A stretch of DNA of 32,000 nucleotides from assembly GCA_963843975.1 (NCBI GenBank), contig CAWJMG010000003.1, positions 2,640,001 through 2,672,000 on the forward strand. The letters are read 5' to 3'. Source of the stretch: an uncultured Actinomycetes bacterium. Lineage in GTDB: Bacteria; Actinomycetota; Actinomycetes; S36-B12; CAIYMF01. The translations under genes were made by a program, and so were the position numbers. The notes beneath the pieces were generated by a model. The model was given only the letters and a program-made list of their open reading frames with translations. It had not been told where the DNA came from and did no database searches. Positions 1 to 9,611 of this stretch are shown piece after piece. The stretch's first letter is position 1. The number at the start of each line of letters is the position of its first letter.

Positions 1-954
1 GCGCTCGTGCTGCTGCGCGCCGCGGGCCAGTCCTTCCTCGGCCCCGCGTGGCAGACGTGGCTGCCGTCACTCGTCCCCGCCGAGCGCCTGACGGCAGCGC
101 TGTCGAGCGTGCAGACCGCGACCGCCACCGCAGCCCTGGTCGGGCCGGTCCTCGGTGGTGTCCTCGTCGCAGCATCGGGTGCCCGCTGGGCGCTCCTGCT
201 CGACGGCGCGACGTTCGTGCTCATCGCCGTCGCCGCCCTCGCCGTCGCGCAGGTGCCCGAACGCAGGTCGCCGTCCCGCGGTGGTGAGGGTCGCGAGCCC
301 GGTGCTCTCACGGCTGGCCTGCGCGTCGTGGCCGCCGACCCGGTGATCCGCGGCTTCGTCGTCGTGGTGGCGACGGTCGTGATCGCGCTCGGCGCGCTCA
401 ACGTCGCCGAGGTCTTCCTGATCACGCAGGAGATCGGTGCGGGCCCCACGGAGTACGGCCTCGTCGCGACGGTCTTCGCCGCCGGCCTCATGGCGGGGTC
501 GTGGCTGGCGCGGAGGGTGGACGGTGATCGCGCGGCCGCCCTGGCGCTCGTCGGCGGAACGCTCCTGATGGCCTGTGCCGCAGTGCTTCTCGGCCTCGCA
601 CCGACGGTGCCGGTGGCGGCCGCCGCGGCCGCACTCATCGGGGTCGGCAACGGCCTGCTCAACGTGCTCGGCCAGGTGCTCATGGTGCGCCGCGCGCCGC
701 GCGAGGTGCTCGGCCGGGTGGTGTCGGTGCTGCAGGCCGTCGTCGGGGCCGGTGCGCTCGTGGCCACCGCCGTCGGCGGCCTTCTGCTGGCGGTCGTGGA
801 CTCCCGCGCCGTCGTGGTCGGCAGCGGCATCGCCACGGCGCTCGCACTGCTGCTCGTGGGCCCCAGCCTTGTGCGGGCGGCGTCGATGGCCTCCCCCGCC
901 GATCAGCCGGTGGCCGACGTCGCAGCAAGGGGAGAGGCGCGCGCAGCGGCCTAG
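1..954 (+). CDS. MFS transporter, C-terminal ~315 aa (5' end outside window)
   Basis: ORF 7..954 is open to the window edge. Ala/Val/Leu/Gly-rich polytopic sequence with about 8 hydrophobic helices and short Arg loops, typical of MFS exporters. Stop TAG at 952-954. Confidence 0.7.
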   Translation, partial: ALVLLRAAGQSFLGPAWQTWLPSLVPAERLTAALSSVQTATATAALVGPVLGGVLVAASGARWALLLDGATFVLIAVAALAVAQVPERRSPSRGGEGREPGALTAGLRVVAADPVIRGFVVVVATVVIALGALNVAEVFLITQEIGAGPTEYGLVATVFAAGLMAGSWLARRVDGDRAAALALVGGTLLMACAAVLLGLAPTVPVAAAAAALIGVGNGLLNVLGQVLMVRRAPREVLGRVVSVLQAVVGAGALVATAVGGLLLAVVDSRAVVVGSGIATALALLLVGPSLVRAASMASPADQPVADVAARGEARAAA

Positions 955-1336
955 CGCAGTGCGACCCGCCGCGCTCGGCGGCGCTGCGGACGACGCAGAG
1001 CTCGTTGCCCTCGGGGTCGGCGAGCGTCACCCAGCCGGTGCCGTCCTCGTTGCGCAGGTCGGCGACGAGCGTGGCGCCGAGCCCCAGCAGGCGCTCGACC
1101 TCCTCGTCGCGCGTGCGGTCGCTCGGCATGAGGTCGAGGTGCCCGCGGTTCTTCATGACCTTCGCGTCCGGCACCTGCACGAAGAGCACGTCTGCGCCGG
1201 GCGAGCTCACCAGCGCCTCCGGATCGCCGGGCTGGTCGAGGTCGGACATCGGCACGTCGAGCACCGCGCACCACCACTGCGCCTGGGCGTAGGGGTCGAG
1301 CGCGTCGAAGGTCACGGTGTGCACGAGGGAGGCCAT
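680..1336 (-). CDS. VOC (glyoxalase/bleomycin-resistance fold) family protein; only ~960-1336 looks like the conserved domain
   Basis: ATG at 1336 gives MASLVHTVTFDALDPYAQAQWW...DGTGWVTLADPEGNELCVVRS, a small VOC-domain pattern. The frame has no stop until 680, giving an Arg/Pro-rich tail that overlaps the convergent MFS gene. Confidence 0.55.
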   Translation of the reverse strand: MASLVHTVTFDALDPYAQAQWWCAVLDVPMSDLDQPGDPEALVSSPGADVLFVQVPDAKVMKNRGHLDLMPSDRTRDEEVERLLGLGATLVADLRNEDGTGWVTLADPEGNELCVVRSAAERGGSHCARPLRAPLPLLRRRPPADRRGRPSTPPAQGWGPRAAVRAPWRCRCRPRRRGSPRPPAEGRRRRWPRAHRPRRRPAAPTPPGRAPRAARGAP

Positions 1337-1469
1337 GCGCAGATCGTCGTACGCCGCAGCGCGCACGTCGAACGGGTTCGCACCGGAACCGTCACGATCG
1401 GGCCGACGTCCGAGCGTCAGACACCCCGGCGCGCGTAGCGTCGGTGCTCCGGCACGAAGGGGGACGGCG

Positions 1470-2390
1470 ATGACTCCACCATCCGGTCTGCTGAGGGTTG
1501 CGGGCGCGCTCGCCTCGGTCGCCCTGCTCACGGCAGCGTGCGGCACCGAGACGGCTCCCGGCGCGGGCTCGCCGAGCGCCGGATCGCCGAGCACGAGCTC
1601 TTCCGGTCCGGCGCAGAGCAGCCCCGCCGCGCTCAGCAGCCTCGACGTCACGTCGCTCATGGGCAACTGGTTCGTCATCGGGATAGGCGTCGAGCCGGAC
1701 CTCATGGTCACGGTCGACGCCGGCGAGTTCCGGGTGTGGCAGGCATGCGGCGCCGCATTCGCCGGGTGGCGAGGGTCGACGTCGGGGCTCTTCGCCGCCG
1801 ACGTGTCGTCCTGGTCGGGCACGTGCACCGACAAGCCCGACCTTCCGTGGCTGGAGACCTCGACGGGGTGGCAGCCGGACGGCGACGGCATCGCGCTGGT
1901 CGGCAGCGACGGCGCCACCCTTGCCCGCCTCGCTCCGGGTGCGTCACCCACGGCCGACAAGAACACCATGGACTCGCTCGCCGACCCACCCGTGGTGACG
2001 GACGAGATCCGCGCCTTCCTCAACGCCTCCCCGTCGCTGCCGGCGGGCATCACCCCCGCGACCCGCGAGGCGCTCCTCGGAGCGTGGATCGCCGTGCGAC
2101 CGTCAGGCCGTCCGTCGCCGCAGTTCAGCCACAGCACGCCGCCCGGCGTGACGCTCAACGCGGATGGGTCGTGGGGCGGCTCGGACGGTTGCAACGGCGG
2201 GGGCGGCCGGTGGAACGCCGACGACGAAGGCCGCGTGATCGCGTCGTCCGGAGCATCGACTCTCATCGGCTGCGACAACATCGACGCGCCCGGCTGGTTC
2301 GCCGCCGCATGGCTCGCCGGCTTCGATGGCGACGCGCTGGTCACCTTCGGCCAGGACGGCACGGAGCTCGGCCGCTTCACCCGCGGCTGA
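1470..2390 (+). CDS. Lipoprotein with META (HslJ-like) domain
   Basis: ATG 1470 is preceded by gaaggggga. Signal peptide plus lipobox LLTAAC. The C-terminal GGSDGCNGGGGRW...ASTLIGC fits the META-domain GCN..G...T..C pattern. Confidence 0.6.
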   Translation: MTPPSGLLRVAGALASVALLTAACGTETAPGAGSPSAGSPSTSSSGPAQSSPAALSSLDVTSLMGNWFVIGIGVEPDLMVTVDAGEFRVWQACGAAFAGWRGSTSGLFAADVSSWSGTCTDKPDLPWLETSTGWQPDGDGIALVGSDGATLARLAPGASPTADKNTMDSLADPPVVTDEIRAFLNASPSLPAGITPATREALLGAWIAVRPSGRPSPQFSHSTPPGVTLNADGSWGGSDGCNGGGGRWNADDEGRVIASSGASTLIGCDNIDAPGWFAAAWLAGFDGDALVTFGQDGTELGRFTRG

Positions 2391-2417
2391 TCACGCCGCG
2401 CGTACGGCGTACCGGGA

Positions 2418-2993
2418 TCAGATCTCGGTGCGGTGGAAGTTCAGGTGGCTCTTGGACTGCGTCGGGCCGCGCTGACCCTGGTAGCGCGAGCCGTACTGCG
2501 CCGAGCCGTACGGGTGCTCGGCCGGCGACGACAGACGGAACAGGCACAGCTGGCCGATCTTCATGCCGGGCCAGAGCTTGATCGGCAGCGTCGCGACGTT
2601 CGACAGCTCGAGCGTGACGTGGCCGGAGAAGCCCGGGTCGATGAAGCCGGCGGTCGAGTGGGTGAGCAGGCCGAGGCGGCCGAGGGACGACTTGCCCTCG
2701 AGACGGCCGGCGATGTCGTCGGGCAGCGTGACGACCTCGTACGTCGAGGCCAGCACGAACTCGCCCGGGTGCAGGATGAACGGCTCACCCGTCTCGGGCT
2801 CGACCTGACGGGTCAGGTCGGGCTGCTCCTCCGCCGGATCGATGTGCGGGTAGCGGTGGTTCTCGAAGACGCGGAAGAACTTGTCCATGCGCACGTCGAC
2901 GCTCGACGGCTGCACCATCGCCTCGTCGAACGGCTCGAGGACGACCCGTCCCGACGCCAGCTCGGCGCGGATGTCGCGGTCCGACAGCAGCAC
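2418..2993 (-). CDS. dcd: dCTP deaminase (actinobacterial bifunctional dCTP deaminase/dUTPase type)
   Basis: Full-length 191 aa: MLLSDRDIR...QPSSVDVR...[11 protein letters not shown]...[32 protein letters not shown]. This is the canonical Dcd sequence. Confidence 0.95.
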   Translation of the reverse strand: MLLSDRDIRAELASGRVVLEPFDEAMVQPSSVDVRMDKFFRVFENHRYPHIDPAEEQPDLTRQVEPETGEPFILHPGEFVLASTYEVVTLPDDIAGRLEGKSSLGRLGLLTHSTAGFIDPGFSGHVTLELSNVATLPIKLWPGMKIGQLCLFRLSSPAEHPYGSAQYGSRYQGQRGPTQSKSHLNFHRTEI

Positions 2994-3059
2994 AGTTCCT
3001 CCGGTTGCTCGCTCTGCCCCGGAGGCTACCCGGAGGCGGCCGGGCCTCGCGGGCTGGCC

Positions 3060-4247
3060 CTAGTCGCGGCGGACGAGACGGCGCAGGCGCTCCCCGGGCG
3101 AGAGGGCGTCCTCGGGGTCGACGTCGACGGCGGCCGAGCGCTCGTTGACGTCGTGGTCGAACGGGTCCTCAGCCCAGGGGCCGTGAGCGACCAGGGTGCG
3201 GATCTGGTCGACGCGGCCGAGGACGGTCACGCTGTCGAGGACGTCGACGACCTCGCGGTGCTCGGTGGTCGCCGCCACCGCCTGCCGCAGCCGGTCCGCA
3301 AGCGCCTGGTTCGCCGCCTCGCTCGCCTCGTCGACCCCGGTGGCTGCGACCAGGTCGAGGAGCGCCGCGAGGTCGATGAGCAGGGGCGCGTACGTCGTCG
3401 ACGGCAGTGCCGGCGGCTCGCCGGCGCGGTCGTACAGGCGGTCCGACGAACCGGCCAGGGCGCGGGTCTGGGTGGCGAGCACGGTGGCCCAGAGCCGCCG
3501 GCGCGCGAGCGGTTCGAGCTCGTCGCGCTGCGCCCGGGCGCGCGGGTTGAACCGCACCGACTCGACCGCCTCGACCATGGCGTCACTGACCTCCGCGACG
3601 TGCCCGAGCAGCTGCCGCGCCTCGCTCACGAACAGGTGGCGGGACGAGCCTGGCATCGCGACCTCGCGCGTGCCGACCCCTGCGGCGATGGAGCGGATGA
3701 GCGCGGCGATGTCGGTGAGGTACGCGTCGATCGCCGTACGCGCCTCGGCCACACGCGGTCGGGGCGGTGCGACGAACACGGCCCCGACGCCGATGAGCCC
3801 ACCGAGCGCGACGTCGACGACGCGCCAGAGGTCGGTCGTGAGATCCCCTGCGCCCAGCGCGATCACGAAGACGACGGCGACCGGCAGCTGCAGCTGGCCG
3901 ACGAGCCCGACGGGCAGCGCCCGCGAAATGAGGAGCGCTGCGAGGACGGCGAGGAACACCGACCACCAGGTCACCGGCACGTAGGTGACGTAGAGCGTGG
4001 CGACGGCAACGCCCAGACCGGTGCCGAGCACGCGCTGCGCCAGCATGCCGAGGGTGCTGAACGCGCTGGACTGCACCACGAGCAGCGTCGTCGCCGGCGC
4101 GAAGATCGGGAGCACCGACTGCGAGAACCGCAGCGCGACGAAGTAGGAGACCGTGGTCGCGATGGCCACGCGCAGCAGCATCGTCAGGCTGCCGAAGCCG
4201 CGCGTGCGCGTCTGCAGCGCCTCGGCGAGACCGAGGTCGGAGGCCAT
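3060..4247 (-). CDS. FUSC / aromatic-acid-exporter-like integral membrane protein
   Basis: Start set at MASDLGL (cat 4245-4247). N-terminal half has ~5-6 TM helices (LRVAIATTVSYFVA..., GLIGVGAVFVAPP). A long helical cytoplasmic C-terminal half fits the ArAE/FUSC architecture. Confidence 0.5.
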   Translation of the reverse strand: MASDLGLAEALQTRTRGFGSLTMLLRVAIATTVSYFVALRFSQSVLPIFAPATTLLVVQSSAFSTLGMLAQRVLGTGLGVAVATLYVTYVPVTWWSVFLAVLAALLISRALPVGLVGQLQLPVAVVFVIALGAGDLTTDLWRVVDVALGGLIGVGAVFVAPPRPRVAEARTAIDAYLTDIAALIRSIAAGVGTREVAMPGSSRHLFVSEARQLLGHVAEVSDAMVEAVESVRFNPRARAQRDELEPLARRRLWATVLATQTRALAGSSDRLYDRAGEPPALPSTTYAPLLIDLAALLDLVAATGVDEASEAANQALADRLRQAVAATTEHREVVDVLDSVTVLGRVDQIRTLVAHGPWAEDPFDHDVNERSAAVDVDPEDALSPGERLRRLVRRD

Positions 4248-4368
4248 GCTGCGGTCGGGCACGACGCGAGTCTCCCAGGTGGCGCGGACCCGGCAGCCAC
4301 CGTCCGGCTGGGGAAGCCTGAGGGCCTCTTGGGTCCGCTGGGGCACCCTCATCGGGAAACGTGTGCGG

Positions 4369-5946
4369 TCAAGGGGTGGCGGGCGGGGTGGGGTCGGGCG
4401 GAGGGGTCGGGCTCGGGGGGATGACGGGCGGCTGCTCGAAGAGGATCGGCGGCACCTCGGGCGGGCAGCCGGCGGTCGTGGGCGTGGCCGATGGCGTCGC
4501 GCTCGGCGACGGTGTCGGGAGGTCCGTGCCTGTCGGCGTCGGGCTGTCGGTGGACGTCGGCACGTCGGTCGGATCGGCGGCGCCGCAGGCCTCGACTGCG
4601 GCCTCGTACGCCAGCCGCGCGTTCTCCTGGTCGACCGTGAACTGCTGTGCAGCGCTCACCGCGGCCTCGTACGCCGCGAGGTCGCGCGCGTAGGCATCCC
4701 GGCCCGCGGTGATCGAGTCCCAGGCGGCGGCGACGACGCGCACCTGCTCGGCGTACTGCAGGAAGGCGGCGAGCTGCTCGTCGTACGCCGCTGCCTCACC
4801 GCGGTAGGCCTCCACGCGCAGGCGCCACCCCTCCTGCCCGACCGCCAGCTGCTCGCGCGCGGCGGACACCAACGACTCCACCCGGGCTGCCTCGTCGGCC
4901 GAGGAGAACTCAGGAGCAGTCACGCCGGTGAACGCCCAGCCACAGCCGGGGCCGACGGGATCCGGCGCGCGCGAGGCGATCACGGTCGCCGTCGGCTCCG
5001 CCCCGGGGTCGGCGGGCAGCGACGGGACGGCGACAGGCGACGGTAGGTCGGTAGGCCACACCGGGTCGGGAGGGCGCACCGGGAACGAGATCGACGGTGC
5101 CGGCACGACAGTCGGGAGCGGCGGGGCGTCCACGGCAGTCTGCAGCGGGTCGACCGCGACCGGCACGGGGACGAGCCGACCCGTGAACTCCACGCCCTCG
5201 ACGTACGGCGACCGCACGGCGTCGGCCAGCGTGGACGCCACCTCCGCGCACCGCCCTTGGAGCGCCACGAGGAGGCTGGCGTCGAGCACACGCGCACGGT
5301 CGGCGAGCCCGCCCGGGTTTCGTCCGGGTGCGTACACCGCGACCACGACGTCGCCCCGGCGCCAGCCCAGCACCGACACAGCGGGCAACGTGCTCGAGGT
5401 GCGGTAGGCGACGAACGCGTCGACGCCGGCGATCGTGGACGAAACTCCCGCCGTCACGTCCGAGCACGACGCCAGGGCCGCCACGCGGTCGCGGACCGCC
5501 ACCGGCCCCGCCCCAGCCGAGTACGCCGTGACGGTCACCGCGATGCCGCGCCCGGCGACATCGAAGCGTCGGGTCGCGGTGGTCGTCCCCGCGGGGACCG
5601 TTGCGTCACACCCCTCGACGAGAGGGTCCGACGCGCTGCGGACGACGGCGCCGGACGGCGTCCACCCGGGCGGGGCGGCGGACAGGAGGGAGTCGACCAC
5701 GACCTGCGCCGGCCGGGCGGTGAGATCGGCCGTGGCCCGCGGGGAGGCCGACGCCGCTGCTGCGCCGCCGTCGGCCGAGCGCGGGCCCAGCCCGACGCCG
5801 AGCGCCACGACCGCGCCGACGGTCCCGACCGGCAGGGCGATGGCGGCGAGGGTGATCCCGACGCCGGCCCGGCGCGAGGTCTCGCGCCAGTGCTGCTCGG
5901 TGGCACGGGCACGGCGCGACGAGCTGCGAGCACCCACGCGGTTCAC
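4369..5946 (-). CDS. Hypothetical membrane-anchored protein with coiled-coil region and Pro/Thr-rich C-terminus
   Basis: 525-aa ORF with one N-terminal TM (GITLAAIALPVGTVGAVVALGVGLG), an Ala/Glu-rich heptad-like segment and a PTPSPSATP...PPSPTPPPDPTPP tail. No recognisable catalytic motif. An alternative GTG start at 5937 has better GGGAGG spacing. Confidence 0.5.
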   Translation of the reverse strand: MNRVGARSSSRRARATEQHWRETSRRAGVGITLAAIALPVGTVGAVVALGVGLGPRSADGGAAAASASPRATADLTARPAQVVVDSLLSAAPPGWTPSGAVVRSASDPLVEGCDATVPAGTTTATRRFDVAGRGIAVTVTAYSAGAGPVAVRDRVAALASCSDVTAGVSSTIAGVDAFVAYRTSSTLPAVSVLGWRRGDVVVAVYAPGRNPGGLADRARVLDASLLVALQGRCAEVASTLADAVRSPYVEGVEFTGRLVPVPVAVDPLQTAVDAPPLPTVVPAPSISFPVRPPDPVWPTDLPSPVAVPSLPADPGAEPTATVIASRAPDPVGPGCGWAFTGVTAPEFSSADEAARVESLVSAAREQLAVGQEGWRLRVEAYRGEAAAYDEQLAAFLQYAEQVRVVAAAWDSITAGRDAYARDLAAYEAAVSAAQQFTVDQENARLAYEAAVEACGAADPTDVPTSTDSPTPTGTDLPTPSPSATPSATPTTAGCPPEVPPILFEQPPVIPPSPTPPPDPTPPATP

Positions 5947-6060
5947 CCTCCCGTCGCCTGTTCGTCACCTGGCCCGAGCATGGTCGCGGCGGCGATCCCG
6001 AAGGAGCGCCGCCGTCAGCCTCCATGGTGACGGCGGACGACGGAGAAAGCGAAATCCGGC

Positions 6061-8400
6061 ATGAGCCGCGCCGACGACGGATCCGACGCGCACGACGTCG
6101 GTCTCGACGGGCTGCTCGCCGCCGTCGGCCACGACGCGCCGCCGATGCCGCGCCGGTGGACGGCGCTGGTCCGGCTCGTCGTCGTGACTCCGCTCTTCGC
6201 GCTCGTCGTCGCCGGCCTCGTCGTGCCGGCGGTGCTGCCGCCGTCGTACGCGTTGCGCGAGGCCGCGTACGCCTGGGAGGACCTGCCCACCGCCCTGCCG
6301 CTCGACGCCGGGCTGCCCCAGCGCAACGTGCTGACCGACCGGAACGGCACGGTCTTCGCCGTCGTGCAGGGGCAGGACCGCACGCCCGTTCCGCTCGCGG
6401 AGGTCGCGCCCGTGGTGGTGGACGCCCTGCTCGCCACCGAGGACGACCGCTTCTACGAGCGCGGGCCGCTCGACCTCGTCGCCTTCGGGCGCGCGGCGCT
6501 GCGCAGCGGCTCCGGCGACGTCCAGGGCGGCTCGGGCCTCACGCAGCAGTACGTGAAGAACCTCCTCCTCACCGAGGCGCGCACGCCCGAGGAGGAGCAG
6601 GCCGCGACCGAGCAGACGCTCACCCGCAAGCTGCGCGAGCTGAAGTACGCCGTCGCCGTCGAGAAGCAGCTGAGCAAGGACGAGATCCTCGAGCGCTACC
6701 TCAACACCGTGAACTTCGGCGACGGCGCCTACGGCGTCGCGGCCGCTGCGCGGCACTACTTCTCCGTCGGCGCCGACGCGCTCACGCTGCCCCAGGCCGC
6801 GCTGCTCATCGGCATCCTCAAGTCGCCGACGTACTACAACCCGGTCGACAACCTCGAGCGCTCGCAGTCGAGGCGCAACGCCGTGCTCGCCCGCATGCGC
6901 GACACCGGGCGCATCACCGCCGCGGAGTCCGAGGCGGCGCAGGCGGCCGACGTGGAGCTGAAGCTCACCGATGCTCCGCAGGGATGTGGGGCGTCGAAGT
7001 ACCCGTTCTTCTGCCAGTGGGTCGTGCAGGCGCTCGCCGACGACAAGGCGTTCGGCGCGACGGCGCAGGCCCGCCAGGAGCGCCTGTTCCGCGGCGGTCT
7101 CACCGTCCGCACGTCCCTCGACCCGGCCGCGATGACGGCGGCGCAGAAGGCCACGGGCGCCGCGCTCACGCCGAGGAACCGCGTCGCCACCGGTGTCGCC
7201 GTCGTGGAGCCGGGCACGGGCCACGTTGCTGCGCTGGCAACCAGCAAGCGCTGGGGCCGTGATGCGGCTAGGGGCCAGACCCAGCTGATCCTTCCCGCGC
7301 TTCCGGCGTACCAGCCCGGGTCGACGTTCAAGGCGATCACCCTCGCGACGGGTCTCGAGCGCGGCATCCCGCTGACGACGCGCTTCACCACCCCGGACGG
7401 CTACGTGCCCGTCGGCCTCAACCATCCGCCCGGCGGCTTCCACAACGACGACAACCGCGGTCACGGCAACCTCGACGCGTACGCCGCCACCGCCGGCTCG
7501 GTGAACACCTGGTTCATCCAGCTCGAGGAGCGCACCGGGGTGCTGCCCGTCGCCGACATGGCGGAGCGGCTCGGCATCACGTCGCTGCCGCGTTCGGGCA
7601 AGCGGGCGATCACCCGGCTCGACGCGTCGCTGACCCTCGGCGCGTACGAGGTCTCGCCGCTGGAGATGGCGTCGGTCTACGCCACCCTCGCCGCCGGCGG
7701 CGTCGCGTGCCGACCCGTGGTGGTGCTGGACATCAAGGACAGCAACGGCGTGCAGACGCGCGGCCAGGACGCGAGGTGCCACCAGGCCGTCAGCCCGTAC
7801 GTCGCGGCCGGGGTCACCTCGGCCCTGAAGCGGGTCATGGGCGCGGGCGGCACCGGTTCGGGCCTCGGCCTGACCGCGCGTCCCACCGCCGGCAAGACCG
7901 GCACCACCAACGACTCCGCGGCGACCTGGTTCGCGGGCTTCACACCGCAGTACGCCACAGCCGTGTGGGTCGGTGACCCGCGCGGCGGCCAGAAGTTCCC
8001 GCTGCGGAACGTCGTCGCCTACGGCCAGACGTTCGGGAAGGTGTACGGCCGCAGCATCGCCGGCCCGATCTGGAAGCAGACGATGACGGCGCTGCACGAC
8101 GGCCTGCCCGTGCGGCAGTTCGACCGGCCGGGCGCAGCCGCACTTCTCGGTGCCCGGGCGGTCGTGCCGGACCTGCGCGGCCTGACGCGTGACGCCGCGC
8201 TCGCCGCCCTCGTGGGCGCCGGGTTCCGCGCCAAGGTTGCGGGCACCCCCGCCCTCCCCGACCCGTTGTACGTCGCCGGTCAGGTGGTCGCGCAGAAGCC
8301 CGCAGCCGGAACCCTCGTGGAGTTCGGCGCGACGGTCGTGGTCACGCTCGCCGACGGCTCCCAGGTCGACGTCGTCGTGCCGACCGCCTCCCCGCGCTGA
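6061..8400 (+). CDS. Class A penicillin-binding protein (GT51 transglycosylase + transpeptidase + C-terminal PASTA; PonA2-like)
   Basis: GT51 motifs ATEDDRFYERGPLD and GGSGLTQQYVKNL. Transpeptidase motifs STFK, SVN and KTGTTND. C-terminal PASTA-like VVPDLRGLTRDAALAALVGAGFRAKV. Confidence 0.9.
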   Translation: MSRADDGSDAHDVGLDGLLAAVGHDAPPMPRRWTALVRLVVVTPLFALVVAGLVVPAVLPPSYALREAAYAWEDLPTALPLDAGLPQRNVLTDRNGTVFAVVQGQDRTPVPLAEVAPVVVDALLATEDDRFYERGPLDLVAFGRAALRSGSGDVQGGSGLTQQYVKNLLLTEARTPEEEQAATEQTLTRKLRELKYAVAVEKQLSKDEILERYLNTVNFGDGAYGVAAAARHYFSVGADALTLPQAALLIGILKSPTYYNPVDNLERSQSRRNAVLARMRDTGRITAAESEAAQAADVELKLTDAPQGCGASKYPFFCQWVVQALADDKAFGATAQARQERLFRGGLTVRTSLDPAAMTAAQKATGAALTPRNRVATGVAVVEPGTGHVAALATSKRWGRDAARGQTQLILPALPAYQPGSTFKAITLATGLERGIPLTTRFTTPDGYVPVGLNHPPGGFHNDDNRGHGNLDAYAATAGSVNTWFIQLEERTGVLPVADMAERLGITSLPRSGKRAITRLDASLTLGAYEVSPLEMASVYATLAAGGVACRPVVVLDIKDSNGVQTRGQDARCHQAVSPYVAAGVTSALKRVMGAGGTGSGLGLTARPTAGKTGTTNDSAATWFAGFTPQYATAVWVGDPRGGQKFPLRNVVAYGQTFGKVYGRSIAGPIWKQTMTALHDGLPVRQFDRPGAAALLGARAVVPDLRGLTRDAALAALVGAGFRAKVAGTPALPDPLYVAGQVVAQKPAAGTLVEFGATVVVTLADGSQVDVVVPTASPR

Positions 8401-8464
8401 CGCCGTCCCGGCCCAGCCGCCCGGCGAGATATCATTCCCGTCGGCGCTCTCCCGAGAGCTCCAC

Positions 8465-8535
8465 GCGGGTGTAGTTCAATGGCAGAACATCAGCTTCCCA
8501 AGCTGACAGTGCGGGTTCGATTCCCGTCACCCGCT
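8465..8535 (+). tRNA. tRNA-Gly (anticodon CCC)
   Basis: Cloverleaf folded by hand. Acceptor GCGGGTG/CACCCGC, D arm GTTC-AATGGCA-GAAC, anticodon arm TCAGC-TTCCCAA-GCTGA, T arm GCGGG-TTCGATT-CCCGT, discriminator T. CCA is not encoded. Confidence 0.9.
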
Positions 8536-8873
8536 CCGCACAGATTTCCTGCCCTGTATGGGTTTTCTGGGATTCTCACAAAGCGACTTCTTGCCCGCTG
8601 GTGTCCGTATTCGACCCCTTCTGGCCCATGCTTAGCCCACGAGGAGCCCACGCAGGCCACGTCTTGGGGAGCGTGCGCCGGGTTCTTGGCTGCTACCGGT
8701 GGGCACCGCGGTCGCCTCCTCCTCAGTCCACACCTCGGGGTGGGGCCCTCACGCACCAGCAAGAGCGGAGACGAAACGGCCCGGCCATCCTCGCCGGAGT
8801 TGCGAGGACGACCGGGCTTGCTGCGGATCAGTCAGTACGGGAATGCTTCAGCTCTCTCCAAGGGTGCCGAGCC

Positions 8874-9512
8874 TCAGCGCACCAGGCGCTTGAGCAGCGT
8901 GAGGCCCGTCTTGGCCCCGACGCAGGTCTGCAGAACCAGGTCCGCGCGGACCTCGGGCATCGGTCCACTCTGGCGATTGAGCCGCTTGTGGCCGGTGACG
9001 ATGTAGGTGCCCGCCGCCCTGCCCTTGGTCACGACGACCTTCGCACCTGTGGGCACGAACGCGAGCCACTGCCAGCCGCGGTAGTTGTGGCCGGCGAGCC
9101 AGTAGGGCTTGTCCCACCACAGGACCAGCTTTCCCGTGTCGACAGCTGCCTGGGAGCCCATCCGATCCAGGTAGCTGCGGATGTAGATGGTCCGACGAGC
9201 GGTGGCAGGGCGGACCGCCGCCTTGGTGGTCGTGACCGTGCTCTGCGACTGCCCCGATCGCGCCACCGGCCGACTAGGTGCGGGGGAGGCAGTCGGGTTG
9301 CTCGGGGAGGCGACCGGGCGGGTGGGCGCCGAGGGAGCAGCCACAACGGCGGGCGCCGCGGCGGCGGCGGCCGCGGGCGTACCGCCGGCCGAGGAGGCCG
9401 GTGGTGGCGATCCCGCCGTCATGCCTGCGACGCCCGTGACCAGTCCTGCGGTCACTGCCAGGGTGGCGAGGCGGACGATCAGGGTGCTTCGCCGGCCTGC
9501 CTGTCGTGTCAT
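8874..9512 (-). CDS. Secreted/anchored protein, tentatively sortase-fold (class F-like)
   Basis: N-terminal TM/signal (LIVRLATLAVTAGLVTGVAG) and an Ala/Pro/Ser linker. The C-terminal domain has LAGH, LVLQTC and an Arg 12 residues after the Cys, matching His-Cys-Arg sortase triad spacing. Assignment is by motif only. Confidence 0.4.
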   Translation of the reverse strand: MTRQAGRRSTLIVRLATLAVTAGLVTGVAGMTAGSPPPASSAGGTPAAAAAAAPAVVAAPSAPTRPVASPSNPTASPAPSRPVARSGQSQSTVTTTKAAVRPATARRTIYIRSYLDRMGSQAAVDTGKLVLWWDKPYWLAGHNYRGWQWLAFVPTGAKVVVTKGRAAGTYIVTGHKRLNRQSGPMPEVRADLVLQTCVGAKTGLTLLKRLVR

Positions 9513-9546
9513 GCCCTAGGCATCGGCACGCAGCCGCGCTCGGGTT

Positions 9547-9566
9547 GATGAAGATCGCATGAAGCC
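9547..9566 (-). promoter_or_regulatory. Direct-repeat box a (GGCTTCATgcgatCTTCATC on minus strand)
   Basis: ATGAAG at 9548-9553 and 9559-9564, 11-bp phasing. Lies in the copZ / sortase-like intergenic gap, 34 nt upstream of the 9512 start. Confidence 0.55.
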
Positions 9567-9572
9567 GCGTCC

Positions 9573-9594
9573 GGCCGACGAAGGGTGGTCGGCC
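9573..9594 (-). terminator. Stem-loop downstream of copZ
   Basis: GGCCGAC (9573-9579) pairs with GTCGGCC (9588-9594) around an 8-nt loop, ~18 nt after the copZ stop. No U-tract, as is common in high-GC actinobacteria. Confidence 0.45.
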
Positions 9595-9611
9595 TGGCGC
9601 GACTGGTCGGC

